From NCBI GenBank assembly GCA_977017575.1, contig CDRNVI010000043.1, positions 62,001 through 126,000 on the forward strand: 64,000 bases of DNA, read 5' to 3'. Positions within the stretch are counted from its first letter, which is position 1, and every line of letters starts with the position of its first letter. Source of the stretch: Paramoeba atlantica (taxonomy: Eukaryota; Protista; Discosea). The translations under genes and the position numbers were made by a program. The notes beneath the pieces are model-generated. The model saw nothing but the letters and a program-made list of their open reading frames with translations, was not told the DNA's origin and ran no database searches. Below, piece after piece: positions 42,206 to 54,079 of this stretch.

Positions 42206-45200
42206 ACATGAAGTCTCTGCTGAAGATCGTGAGCAATAAAACTATGTTTGCTACTGCATCAAAAGAATTCTCTGAAAAGTTAGACTCCTCTATTATAAAT
42301 GAGTGCGACGCCCTGGAAAAAGAGCTTAAATCAACTCCAAAATCCGCGTACAGAACAATTCGAAAAATTGTAGGGGACAAGAAGCAAGATTTTCCGCTAT
42401 TTTCAACTACGGTAAACAGCAGCCTTAATATAGTGAAGAATCATTTCAGCATGATAGGGGGTAGTGCTTACAAAGGTCATGAAGCAATAAGTTTACCTAC
42501 TGCACCAAAACGACTGACAAAAATTGATGATGGTGAATTTCGAGTGGAGGAACTAACTGCTGCGATGGTAAAGATTAAGTCAGGAAAGCTACAGGCGATG
42601 ATAATATTCTTTTATTTCGAGTGGAGGAACTAACTGCTGCGATGGTAAAGATTAAGTCAGGAAAGCTACAGGCGATGATAATATCCCGGTTGAAGCTCTA
42701 CGTGCTATTTCAGCTGATCAAGACTTGCGTAATGCTCTCCTGGATATAATGAACGAAGTACGAAAAACCGGAAAAGCGGATGAATCTTGGAAATCGATAT
42801 TGCAGGTCCCATTGCCAAAGAAAGGTAACTTGCGCTCACTCACAAATTGGAGACCAATCTGTCTTTTGAATCATGTAGTGAAGATTTTGAATCGAATCAT
42901 TTTAGACAGAATACAACCAGCAGTGGAAAGTTCGCTTCGCGGGAATCAATTCGGCTTTCGACCTAACCGCTCAACAGCTGGCGCTCAGGCAACGTTTTTA
43001 GAAATAATGGAAGAATCGCGCCGAGGGGCTGGGGTGTTCGTCTGTTTCGTCGACTTCCAACAAGCCTTTCCTTCATTATCATTCGCTGCGATAAAAGAGA
43101 CATTACGTGCTTTCGATATTCCCGAAAATCTCTGTTCTACGATCATGTGTATTTATCAAAATCTCAAATCGCACGTAAAAACACCATACGGTAATACAGA
43201 CTCATTTCCACTTTTACAGGGGACTCTTCAAGGTGACGTTCTGGCCCCATACCTGTTTATTATGGTTCTTGATCGTATTTTGATTGAATCTATCGACATA
43301 AATCGCTTAGGGCTTGTGACACATAGCTCAGGAACTAGGAGCAGAGGCCTAAAGGAACTGCGCGTATCTGATATAAATTATGCTGATGATATAGTTCTCT
43401 TCTCCGAATCCAAGGAGGAGCTAAGCACAATGTTGCACAAATTTAAAACTTCCGCAGAAAAAGCTAATTTGAAAATAAATGTCGGACCAAACAAAACGGC
43501 ATGGATGACACTAGGTAAAGTTAAGGATGATGGAAGACCTTTGCAAGTAGCGACACTCGGCGATATACCAAAAGTTATATCTTATCGCTACTTGGGTAGC
43601 ACTCAGAACGAGGAGGATCGCAGCTCAAACTCACAAGAACGTGTACGATTAGGTTGGGCAATAATGCACAAACTCAAAGCCATATGGAGTGCTACTATAT
43701 CACCAAAAAGCAAATTACACGTCTTTAAGTCTCTCGTTCAATCAGTGGCCTATTATAATCCAGGGACTTGGAGTTTAAATCAGAAAGAGCTACATGAAGT
43801 GGAAGTCCAAATGAACAGAATGAGGAGGGTCGTATTGGGAGTCAAGTGCTCGAAAGAGGCGCATTGCAGAGTAGACTCTCTTTACCCACTGACCTAAAGC
43901 CCAATACTGTGATACAATTACAACGTGCCTCGCTAGTAGGCTACCTTATTCGTCACCCTACTCCATTCGTAACTGCCGTACTATGGAGAACGAATGATGA
44001 GAGTTCCAAGCCCTCGCTATCAGAAAGATGTGCAAAAGAGTTACATTCTGACGTATCTGAGATTCTAAAACTTGGTCAAAATCGGTCCCAATGGTGCAAG
44101 AAACTTGAAAATCTTCAAAATCAGCTTGAACCCAGGCCCTCGTACACTAAAACAACTTCAAAACTATGGGAAAATCTTTTGGTAAAGGGGGTAAACAAGG
44201 GGTGCTACGAAACCCTACAATACATTGAAGAAGGGCGGCGACAATTTCCAATCGGGCCAAATGAAACACACATTTATACAGACGGAGCACGAATCGTTAA
44301 AAGGGATGAAACTCACACAGGTTGTGGGGTAGTCTGCCTACGCCGCCGCCAGCCCTCTATATCTCTTGGGTTAAAACCTCCTCATGAATTCTCTCAATCT
44401 ATTCAGGAAATCGAATCCTTTGCCGCGCACGAGGCTCTTCTCATCGCATTTTCCTACGACGGAGATGTCATTTTGCACACGGACTCTGAGTATGTTTGGG
44501 ATTTCTTTCATGGAGCTATCCATAGGTTCAGATTCATAGGATTTAAATCGTTTGAGGGAGGCGCTATACTTCAGAAATTGCAAGAAACATATATTTCGCT
44601 AAGAGGGACAAAGCGCTTCTACTGCGTAAAAGTTAAAGCGCATAACGAAAATCCACATAATTATGGCACACATAATGGCATAATAACACATAATAATGGC
44701 ACCACATAATTATGGCAGACTGGGTGGCTAAACAAGCAAGTAAAATAAGCAAGGGAGAAAAGGCTTTTAGATTCTACGGCGAGATTCCTCATGCAGAAGA
44801 CAAGCGCAAAAACCATACCAATGTTGATGCTAATGGCAGCAAAATGCAGCGCAAACTTAAATCGGTAACCTCTAGCCAAATATGCGCCCATGGTGAGCAC
44901 GTAAAAATATTGCCAAAAAGTAGGACAGTTAGCAAAGACAAACGTACAGAGATAGAAACGGAAACGAAACGCACAAGATCACAAGAACGCGGACAGTCCG
45001 ACAACACAAAAAGGCTAAAAGACATTGAGTCAAAGCAACAGTTGCCTCATGTAGCACGTATTGTTATTAGTGATCGGTTTAAATTTAGATCTCCGCAACG
45101 AAAGAGGAGTAATCAGTTATACCAGGAGAATGATGAGACAAGCTATGAAAGTCTGGAACCAAAGGGGTCACGTCAAAAAAAACTCGGTAAAGGAGAGAAC

Positions 45201-45590
45201 TGCGCCAAAAAGACAGAAAAGTGTCAGGGGAAGGACGATAGATCGCGCACTAAGAACGTATTACAAACACCAAAGAAATGATACCCCCCTCATACCCCCA
45301 TTGATCGCAAGTTCTGAACAGGTGAGGGGTAGTGTGATAAGGTGATATGCTGTTGTTTCTCGTGGAAAATATTTTATTAGGTAAACCGTTTGTGCTGAAA
45401 ATGAAAAGTCGATTTCATATCAAACTTCTTTGACTAAGTACTGGAACATCATCCACCTCGAATGATTAGGATACATGGAAGTTGTTGCAAGATGTTTTTG
45501 AAAAGCTTCTGGTGAATATGTTAGTTTTGTGGAGACCGCAAAAGTGTTTTATGGGTAGGAGAAATTTGTGAAGCTTTCAACTGGGACATA

Positions 45591-46982
45591 CAGGGGTGCG
45601 AATCTAAAGGTGGGGGGGTCTAAAATTCGTAAAAGTTGTCCAATTTTGAAAAATAATAGCGCATTGGATAGCTCTCACAGAGTTGTATGTTTTAGGATAG
45701 GTAGCACCCGAGGTTTGGGGGGTACCCCCCTTTCATGTAAGGGTCAAAAACACATATTGCAATACTTTAGTGATGTCAATAATTTCTGTAATTTGGATTG
45801 CAAAAGACAATTAGTAACCACAGTGCCCCCCGTTCCGACTAATAACAATTTCACAACGCTTCGGATTCAGGTCTGGAGATTTTGCAGGCCAGGGGAGAAC
45901 GGAAATTCCTGTATCACGGAACGTGGCACGCGCCTTGTTGTGGGCCGGGCAGTTGTCCATGGCAATCGTGGCCGCTGGATGTCGCTTTAAATATTGAAGA
46001 AAGCCCCGTGGCTCTTTCATAGCCTGATCAAAAATTTCACCCGTAACGGTGAGTTTCTGGCCTTCTGAATTTCGAGGAGGGAAAATGTGGAGATGGAAGC
46101 AGTGTTTGAGGCTCACACCCATCCAAACCATAATCCCATTTCCGCCGTACCATGATTCTAGCTCGCCTCGTTGTTCCTTATGGGTGTCCGTCCTCCGACA
46201 AAGGTAAGTTCGCCCGGAACGCCCACGACCGCAAGTAAACTTCTTTTCGTCACAATAAACAAAATGAAGGAGTTGAGCGTCGCTCTTCTCGAGCATCGCC
46301 TTACAAAATTGCAACCGTTCCTCCTTGTGTTCGAGTGTGAGTGATGGTAGTCGCCGAAGAGTGCGGAGCACAACGCCTTGCTTCTTCAATGTGTCGACTA
46401 GGGTCCGTCGACTGCAGGTGAATCCTTGGCTACGGATCTCTCGCAGAAGATCGCTCCAGCTCTCTACGCCGTAAACAAGGTCGCGATACCCCTCGTCGAC
46501 AAGCTTGAGAGCCACATCCAGGAACGCAGGGGTAACCACCGTCGAGACACGCTCTCGGGATGCCGTTAACACGTCACCCGTAAGGGTAAAACGTTCAACC
46601 CAACGTTTTACAGTGTTCTCATGAACACTAAAGTGCTGCTCCGTAGCGGAGTACGATCCTGTGCGCTCGTATTCCTCCACCAAAAGCATGCGGTGACTCT
46701 CTTTGACGGGGGCGGGGGAAGAATACGATCTATCGCTCAGTACTCCACGGGAAGTCCTCGAGCGAGCGCGCTTTTGGGGCATTTTCTAGTAAAAAATGTA
46801 ATTCCTGCGATGGGAAAAAGAGAAATGTGGTATCAAAAAATATGTACGTTAAAATCAAAGGATTTTAATGCGCCTAAAACATACAACTCTGTGAGAGCTA
46901 TCCAATGCGCTATTATTTTTCAAAATTGGACAACTTTTACGAATTTTAGACCCCCCCCCCCACCTTTAGACCCGCACCCCTG
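45591..46982 (-). mobile_element. Tc1/mariner DNA transposon
   Basis: ~106-110-bp TIRs starting CAGGGGTGCG (45591-45696, 46873-46982). TA on both sides (45589-45590, 46983-46984). Confidence 0.93.
45811..46782 (-). CDS. Tc1-like transposase with an apparent internal deletion of the third catalytic residue
   Basis: HTH region, VYCDEKKF, MDNCPAH, and WPAKSPDLNP fused directly to the terminal KRCEIVISRNGGHCGY. Confidence 0.85.
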   Translation of the reverse strand: MPQKRARSRTSRGVLSDRSYSSPAPVKESHRMLLVEEYERTGSYSATEQHFSVHENTVKRWVERFTLTGDVLTASRERVSTVVTPAFLDVALKLVDEGYRDLVYGVESWSDLLREIRSQGFTCSRRTLVDTLKKQGVVLRTLRRLPSLTLEHKEERLQFCKAMLEKSDAQLLHFVYCDEKKFTCGRGRSGRTYLCRRTDTHKEQRGELESWYGGNGIMVWMGVSLKHCFHLHIFPPRNSEGQKLTVTGEIFDQAMKEPRGFLQYLKRHPAATIAMDNCPAHNKARATFRDTGISVLPWPAKSPDLNPKRCEIVISRNGGHCGY

Positions 46983-47021
46983 TATTAATTTATTATCCCA
47001 GTGATGGTTGGTTGGTTGGTT

Positions 47022-48130
47022 GGATGCAGTAACTGCCTCACGTGGCAGTACTCTCACTCTCTCACGTGCTACTGCAGCTACACTGCAGTAACTGCCTCAC
47101 GTGGCAGTACTCTCACTCTCTCACGTGCTACTGCAGCTACACTGCAGTCACTGCCTCACGTGGCACTACTCTTACTCTCTCACGTGCCACTGTAGCTACA
47201 CTGCAATCACTGCCTCACGTGGCACTACTCTTACTCTCGCACGTGCCACTGCAGCTACACTGCATCACTGCCTCACGGGGAACTGCTCTCACTCTCTCAC
47301 GTGCCACTGTAGGTACAGTGCCGATGCAGTCACTACCTCACGTGACACTACTATTACTCTCTCACGTGCTACTGCAGCTACACTGCATTCACTGCCTCAC
47401 GTGGCAGTACTCTCACTCTCTCACGTGCCACTGCAGCTGCACATCACTGCAGTCACTGCCCGACGTGGAAGTAATCTTACTCTCTCACGTGCCACTGTAG
47501 CGACACTGCAGTCACTGACTCTCTCACATTCCACTGTATCTACACTGCATTCACTGCCTCACGTGGCAGTAATCTTACTCTCTCACGTGCTACTGTAGCG
47601 ACACTGAAATCACTGACTCTCTCACATTCCACTGTATCTACACTGCATTCACTGCCTCACGTGGCAGTAATCTTACTCTCGCACGTGCCACTGCAGCTGC
47701 ACTGCATCACTGCAGTCACTGCCTCACATGGCAGTGCACTTACTCTGGCACGTGCCACTGCAGCTACACTGCATCACTGCAGTCACTGCCTCACATGGCA
47801 GTGCACTTACTCTCTCACATTCCACTGTATCTACACTGCATTCACTGCCTCACGTGGCAGTAATCTTACTCTCTCACGTGCTACTGTAGCGACACTGAAA
47901 TCACTGACTCTCTCACATTCCACTGTATCTACACTGCATTCACTGCCTCACGTGGCAGTAATCTTACTCTCTCACGTGCTACTGTAGCGACACTGAAATC
48001 ACTGACTCTCTCACATTCCACTGTATCTACACTGCATTCACTGCCTCACGTGGCAGTAATCTTACTCTGGCACGTGCCACTGCAGCTGCACTGCATCACT
48101 GTGCCATCACTGCCTCACGTGGCACCCTCA
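47022..48130 (+). repeat. Degenerate minisatellite, ~50-70-bp units rich in ACTGC / CACGTG / ACTCTC
   Basis: Repeated actgcctcacgtggcagta...ctctctcacgtg(c/t)actgcagctacactgca, with higher-order units in the 3' half. Confidence 0.9.
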
Positions 48131-48139
48131 CGTGGAATT

Positions 48140-48815
48140 AACCTTAGTAAGCGAGTTAGATACTCCGTATCTCCCTCAATAGATAAATGCTTAACTAACT
48201 CTATATAGTTAGCGTAGAGTGAGTGAGTGAGAGTGATCCGTTCGCGTGTTCCGGACCGGGTCTTTCGAACACTCCACGGCCTGACTTGTGAACCCTTCCC
48301 TTGCGATAGAATCACTACCCGTGTACTACCTCACTTGGGGTACCTAGCCCTCGCGGGCTAGGCGTGAGCATAGACTCTGTCGGCCCGACCAGCACCCTTG
48401 GCCTATGTCACCACCATAGGATCTGTTGGGTCCGACACTATCCTTCCGTGATGGGCTCGTTCGGGTCGGGCACAGCCATGCGTGTAATCACAATACGAGC
48501 CTGCGCTCGCATGAGGGTCACATTCAATTCGGCATACAATTTATTTGTAGCCTGCCCTTCCGTAAGGGTCCCATTTGAGGCCTGTGCCCGCCTCTTTCCG
48601 ACTCCCTTTAGAACGGACGTTGCGCTCACGCTGCAGGAGCCATAGCTCTCTACCACCATGGCTGTGAATTCATGGCCTGCTTCCTCGGCCTCCAACCGTT
48701 GGTGCACCTTTTTTCCCGTGGCGGTGTGCTCGGCGAATGATCCTGCAGCTACCCTGCTAGCGTTACGAACTTTGTCCGTGTATTTAGTTTGCTGAGCGTG
48801 GGTAACTGCAAAATT
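48140..48815 (-). mobile_element. 3' end of a CRE-like element with the structured 3' UTR
   Basis: FAVTHAQQTKY..VAAGSFAEH..LNVTLMRAQAR. UTR is homologous to 222-470. Confidence 0.85.
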
Positions 48816-48819
48816 TTGG

Positions 48820-49205
48820 GCGGAGGTGGCGGAGTGCCAAGAATTCAAAGTTTGAAGCACATGTTGCTCAGACGGCGAGTTCAAACCCGCTCATCAATAT
48901 TCCTGGCGGCCTCACTCTAAGAGGCTGGGCTGATAACCGACTAGGCCCAGTACTCGGAGGACCGTCCCGGACCCTCCCCTCAGGGAACCAGCTCCCTTAC
49001 CCGGCTTATACCTCTTTGGTAAGCCGTGTTGACGTACAGTTCGTCGACGCAGCGTGTTGGTAACAGCACGTTGGTGCCGCCTTGGACAAGCGGAAACTGG
49101 TAGAGGACGTCGGCCTCGGAACTTCCAAATCTGTCTGTGAAGGGTCTGGCTTGCCAGTGACCATCCGGAGCAATCCGGAATGATTTGGATTTTTTTTTTT
49201 TTTTT
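48820..49205 (+). mobile_element. tRNA-derived SINE (copy b)
   Basis: Same ~385-bp sequence; tail tttggatttt... Confidence 0.85.
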
Positions 49206-49439
49206 GGGAACCGAACCCCCAACCTGCAGGTTGTAAGTCCCACCGTCTACCAACTACGCCCGCACCGCAAGAGGAAGGGGAATTTAGACAATCGCGGGAA
49301 TCGAACAGAAAGAAAAATGTAAATTCATTGACAATGCTTCCTTCAATTCGAAGGTCTTTCCACGCGTTAAAAATCTCTTTTTCACGCTTGTGTTTCACAC
49401 GCTCGTCGTGCTTTTGTAACGCTCAAAACGGGGGGTTTT

Positions 49440-49612
49440 CCCATGAACTCTTGGAAAAATATGGTATATCACGGAGAGCGGTTTATGAAATTCGTAAAAC
49501 GGGGGTTGACCACTACCAAAAGTTAATTAACCGCAACATGGGAAACCAACACCGGAACCGTGGATTCAAAAAAAGAGTGGGGGATTATAGTGATGCGAAT
49601 GCCGAAGTCTAA
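49440..49612 (+). pseudogene. Possible pogo/CENP-B-like HTH fragment
   Basis: ELLEKYGISRRAVYEIRK...KKRVGDYSDANAEV resembles CENP-B/pogo N-terminal HTH patterns; short and isolated. Confidence 0.3.
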
Positions 49613-49614
49613 GA

Positions 49615-50055
49615 GGCGGCCTCACTCTAAGAGGCTGGGCTGAGAACCGTCTAGGCCCAGTACTCGGAGGACCGTCCCGGACCCTCCCCTCAGTGAACCA
49701 GCTCCCTTACCCGTCTTACACCTCTTGGGTAAGCCGTGTTGACGTACAGTTCGTCGACGCAGCGTGTTGGTAACAGCACGTTGGCGCCGCCTTGGGCAAG
49801 CGGAAACTGGTAGAGGACGTAGGCCTCGGAACTTCCAGTCAGGGAATCAGTTCCCTTGCCCGGCTTACACCTCTTGGGTGAGCCGTGTTGACGTGCAGTT
49901 CGTCGACGCAACGTGTTGGTAACAGCACGTTGGTGCCTCCTTGGACAAGCGGAAACTGGTAGAGGACGTCGGCCTCGGAACTTCCAAATCTGTCTGTGAA
50001 GGGTCTGGCTTGCCAGTGAACGTCCGGAGCAATCCGGAATGATTTGGATTTGGAT
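49615..50055 (+). mobile_element. Two partial, rearranged SINE copies (c)
   Basis: 5'-truncated copy fused to a second 3' half ending gatttggatttggattggat. Confidence 0.8.
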
Positions 50056-50189
50056 TGGATACGACGGGTGGATCACGTGAGGATTTGCCCTCGCTGGAGG
50101 AAAATCGGTGCAGAGAGATGACGCCCCAGGTGCAGAGAGCTCGGTTACCATGTGCAGGTGCAGAGAGCCGGATGAGTAACCCCCATATT

Positions 50190-52008
50190 ACAGTTTCGGG
50201 GGCAATCCGGGTGCAGAGAGCTGCGAGAGAAGACGAGGTGCGGAGAGCTTGGCGACCGTCAGGTGCGGAGAGCCGTAAACGCGGGCAGCGATTGCTCGTT
50301 TATCGATGACTTCTCGTTCCGTTTTGGTGTTGTCTCCATCGCCTTCTTTTAATGGTCGTCTTCGTCGTCGCTTTTCTTCCGCCACGCGGACTGTTGTTAG
50401 CGAGTACTTAACGGCAGAAAGAGTACGATTCCAGATGATGTTTCGGTCTGTGTTGCAATCTTTGTACTCACTAATCAATTCGAGGAAGATTGCCACTACA
50501 CATGATGCATATTCTGGGCTTATTGTTCTATGCGTCGGGATCGGCTCGAAATCTAGATCAGAACTAGTGTGGTTGTAGGCAAGGGCGGGGCCATCCAGAC
50601 GAGAGTATTTGGCATCGTATTTCATCCCGTTTTTCCATGCCACGTGGTACACTCGGACGTTAGACTGTGGCGGAAGGTAACCGGGAAAAGATTTTTCTTG
50701 ATTATGCCCAAATAGAAAAAAATAGTCCAGAACTACTTTTCCTTTGCCGCCTCGTGATTTAATGGATTTGACTTTTTCCTTCGGATATGTTTAGATTTTC
50801 TTGGCCGTCAAAACTCCAAGCAACAATGCAAGTGTCTCCTACTTTTGCGTGTTTCGCCGTCATCCATGTTGTGTCGTTCGAGATTGGGAATTCCGAAACA
50901 GGATTGATTGTTCAAAGGAGGAAACGTACAACTGCTCCTTTGTCTTCGCATTGTTGTTTTTCGCAAACTTGTTGTCTTCGCAAACTCTGTCTTCGCATTG
51001 TTGTCTTCGCAAACTTGTTGTTTTTGTGGTCGTGGGATGTTATTCTTATCTGATTCTTGGACTTTTGGCTGGCACATTTCTGGTGGAGATTTCGTAACGT
51101 TGTGCTCTTTGAATGATATTTCGTCGATGTTCGTATCGTAGCTTGCTTCACCGGGGTGCTTCCTTTAAGAATTACCTTGAGGCGCGTTCTTCGCGTTACT
51201 TCCGGTAGAAGGTGCAAACCTTTATTGGGTGACATGGTAGCATTCTCGTGTGCTTGCGGTGGTGTCTTGTGCTTCGTTTGGGGAGGTGTCGCATGTGCCC
51301 TGCTAGCCGACGTCTCGTGAGTGAGTTGTTGCAGCGTGTGAGAAGATTTTTGTGGCGGCGTTTGTGGGTGTCGCTTTGGTGATGTCGGAGGCGGTGATTT
51401 TCGCGGTGATATCGGGGGCGGGCGTGCGTACCTTGCGAGAAATTTTGCGAGGAAGTGCGCCGCAAGCGTGTTGTAAAAGGAATTTTTCTTAGGCAGATTT
51501 TTGGGCGTCTGTGTTCGCCGCGGCGGTGACGGGGGTGACGTCCGTAGTGGTAAGGGCGGTGACGTGGGTGGCGGCGAAGATGGCGGTGGCGGCGGTGGCG
51601 GCGACGATGGCGCCGGAGACATCAGTGGCGTCGGCGATGGTGTCGGTGATGGCTGCGGGGCCGGCGGAAGAGACGGAAGAGTCGAAGGTGACGTCGACTG
51701 GAGAGGCGACTGAAGAGGCCGCGGAGGAGGAGGAGGTGGTGGAGATGTCGGTGAAGCGGACGAGGGCGGCGACTGCGCGAGCGGCGGCGGTGTTGGGGGT
51801 GTTGGTGGTGTGGATGGCGGCGGCGGTGGTGGCGGAGGTGGCGGCAGAGGTCGCTCCTCTGGGGCCTTCTTCTTTCGGCGTGAAGGTGGAAGAGGTAGGA
51901 GCTACTCCAGTGTCCTTCGCCCTGCTGCGGGTGAACATATAATAACAATAATACAAAAACTTCAACAAGGTGGGTTCAACAAGGTACAGAAACTGTATCT
52001 TTATCGTT
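50190..52008 (-). mobile_element. SL-headed, frameshifted 5' part of a CRE-like element
   Basis: SL nt 8-39 at 51977-52008, then MFTRSRAKDTGVAP. Downstream GYLPPQSNVRVYHVAW..DFEPIPTHRTISP..RRRRRP..DKRAI aligns with the CRE ORF at 61237. Confidence 0.75.
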
Positions 52009-52069
52009 CGTCCGCATTTCCTGCATTTTTTCGCTCTCATCATTTGTGATGATTCTTAGAGCTAGAACG

Positions 52070-52600
52070 TTATCGTTCATGTTTGGGACTCGCTGTGATC
52101 CAGTAAGTTGGCAGTCCGTATCGCCTGTATAAGGCGTAGATCTGACCTCGTGATGCCTTTCGCTTTGCTGGCGAAAAGGGTATCGTTTTTGCGCATACTT
52201 GCACAAATGGCAGAAACTTTGTTTCCAGAAGTTTCGCCTCGGAACTGTTTGGGTTCCTCATAGCCTGTTGTACAATGTGATTGAAAGAATCAGCATTGCA
52301 AAAATTCATGAGGCTTCTGTGCATATCTTTGTTGTACTTCAGATTTTGCACTACTGCTGATGAGACTGCACGGCGCCGAAGCACGTCGTAGCAGGAAAAT
52401 ATGAATCCAGCATTCTTTGCAAATCGGGAATCCGATTGCTCTAGAATTGCCTTGATTTCATGAGTTCAAACGTTGACCCCTTAAAGGGTACTTTTGCAGC
52501 AGCGTCGGAAATGCTCCGAGCAAGATGTTATCCGTGTCGGCATACTCATTGAGCAAACCTTCTTTTTGTTTCAGTTGTATCGCTACGGCATGCGTAATTT
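52070..52600 (-). pseudogene. Helitron/Helentron Rep N-terminal fragment
   Basis: LNEYADTDNILLGAFPTL, DSRFAKNAGFIFSCYDVLRRRAV and IPFSPAKRK..IYALYRRYGLPTYWITASP match Helitron_like_N patterns (P.S..ER...L.AM....G.P..FIT.SP). Confidence 0.7.
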
Positions 52601-52656
52601 GCGCCCCCGCCGGCGCATTGCTTGCAGGGCTGTGGTCAGTTACAAAAGATCGTGTG

Positions 52657-52868
52657 ATCCAAATCCAAAAATCCAAATCATTCCGGATTGCTCCGGATGG
52701 TCACTGGCAAGCCAGACCCTTCACAGACAGATTTGGAAGTTCCGAGGCCGACGTCCTCTACCAGTTTCCGCTTGTCCAAGGCGGCACCAACGTGCTGTTG
52801 CCAACACGCTGCGTCGACGAACTGTACGCCAACACGGCTTACCCAAGAGGTGTAAGACGGGTAAGGGA
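52657..52868 (-). mobile_element. SINE 3' half (copy d)
   Basis: Matches the SINE 3' half and its (T)nGGA tail. Confidence 0.8.
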
Positions 52869-52946
52869 GTTATGCAAGTTCCGATTCCCGAAAAATGTGA
52901 TCTATTTCAAATTTCTAATTGGCGCCCTATTTGTCTACCTAATCTA

Positions 52947-53333
52947 GGAGGTGGCGGAGTGGCAAGAATTCAAAGTATGAAGCACATGGTGCTCAGACGG
53001 CGAGTTCAAACCCGCTCATCGCAATATTCATGGCGGCTTCACTCTAAGAGGATGGGCTGATAACCGACTAGGCCCAGTACTCGGAGGACCGTCCCGGACC
53101 CTCCCCTCAGGGAACCAGCTCCCTTACCCGTCTTACACCTCTTGGGTAAGCCGTGTTGACGTACAGTTCGTCGACGCAGCGTGTTGGTAACAGCACGTTG
53201 GCGCCGCCTTGGGCAAGCGGAAACTGGTAGAGGACGTCGGCCTCGGAACTTCCAAATCTGTCTGTGAAGGGTCTGGCTTGCCAGTGACCATCCGGAGCAA
53301 TCCGGAATGATTTTGGATTTTTTTTTTTTTTTT
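52947..53333 (+). mobile_element. tRNA-derived SINE (copy e)
   Basis: Head GGAGGTGGCGGAGTGG...GAGTTCAAACCC. Shares its downstream flank with copy b. Confidence 0.85.
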
Positions 53334-54079
53334 GGGAACCGAACCCCCAACCTGCAGGTTGTAAGTCCCACCGTCTACCAACTACGCCCGCACCGCAAGA
53401 GGAAGGGGAATTTAGACAATCGCGGGAATCGAACAGAAAGAAAAATGTAAATTCATTGACAATGCTTCCTTCAATTGGAAGGTCTTTCCACGCGTTAAAA
53501 ATCTCTTTTTCACGCTTGTGTTTCACACGCTCGTCGTGCTTTTGTAACGCTCAAAACGGGGGGTTTTCCCATGAACTCTTGGAAGAACGAACAAGGTTCA
53601 CAAATGTTATGCAACCCTTTTACATGTTCGTTTACGTGCCTCTTCATCAGGGGAGCTGTCAATTCCACCCGAATGTTCGCGTTAGCACATTCTCGGCCGG
53701 TGTAAAATTCACCTTCTTCAGCAACATGCTGTTGCCATGGGTCGTATATTTGAGCTGAGCTTTTATGTGCTTCGCTACTACTGTGTTTAAGGGTCATGCG
53801 TACACTTTTCTTTCCTTTCTTTGAAGGAAAGTGCAGCATTCGCAGTCGCGATATGCCGCTGCGATATGCTTTGTTAGATCTCAGTTGGCTGCCCCCACCC
53901 CCGGCCACAGCAAGCGACACCTCCAACGACGCCGACGACACGGACCACGATGAATCGGAAGATATGAGAAGAATAATAGTATCAATAAAAAAGCGCTAAA
54001 TAGTGAAAAAAATGTATAAACAAGAAAATTCGAAGCACAAAAATAAGAACATGCCATTTGCATCTCATTTTAGAGGATC

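Larger units (their letters stand above)
35095..45290 (+). mobile_element. RTE-X, degenerate RTE-like LINE (APE-RT-RNase H) split by RTE-Y and a SINE
   Basis: APE at 35739-36362 (IISGDLNSP, QLDHIVV). Resumes at 41767-41821 and 42218. RT 42725-43897 (QGDVLAPYLF, YADD), RNase H 43846-44760. Frameshifts and a 71-bp duplication (42537-42607 / 42614-42684). Confidence 0.82.

Noticed and set aside
50912-51942. Pro/Thr/Ala-rich mucin-like or extensin-like host genes
   Set aside because: Overlapping low-complexity frames within the SL-headed, frameshifted CRE 5' region.
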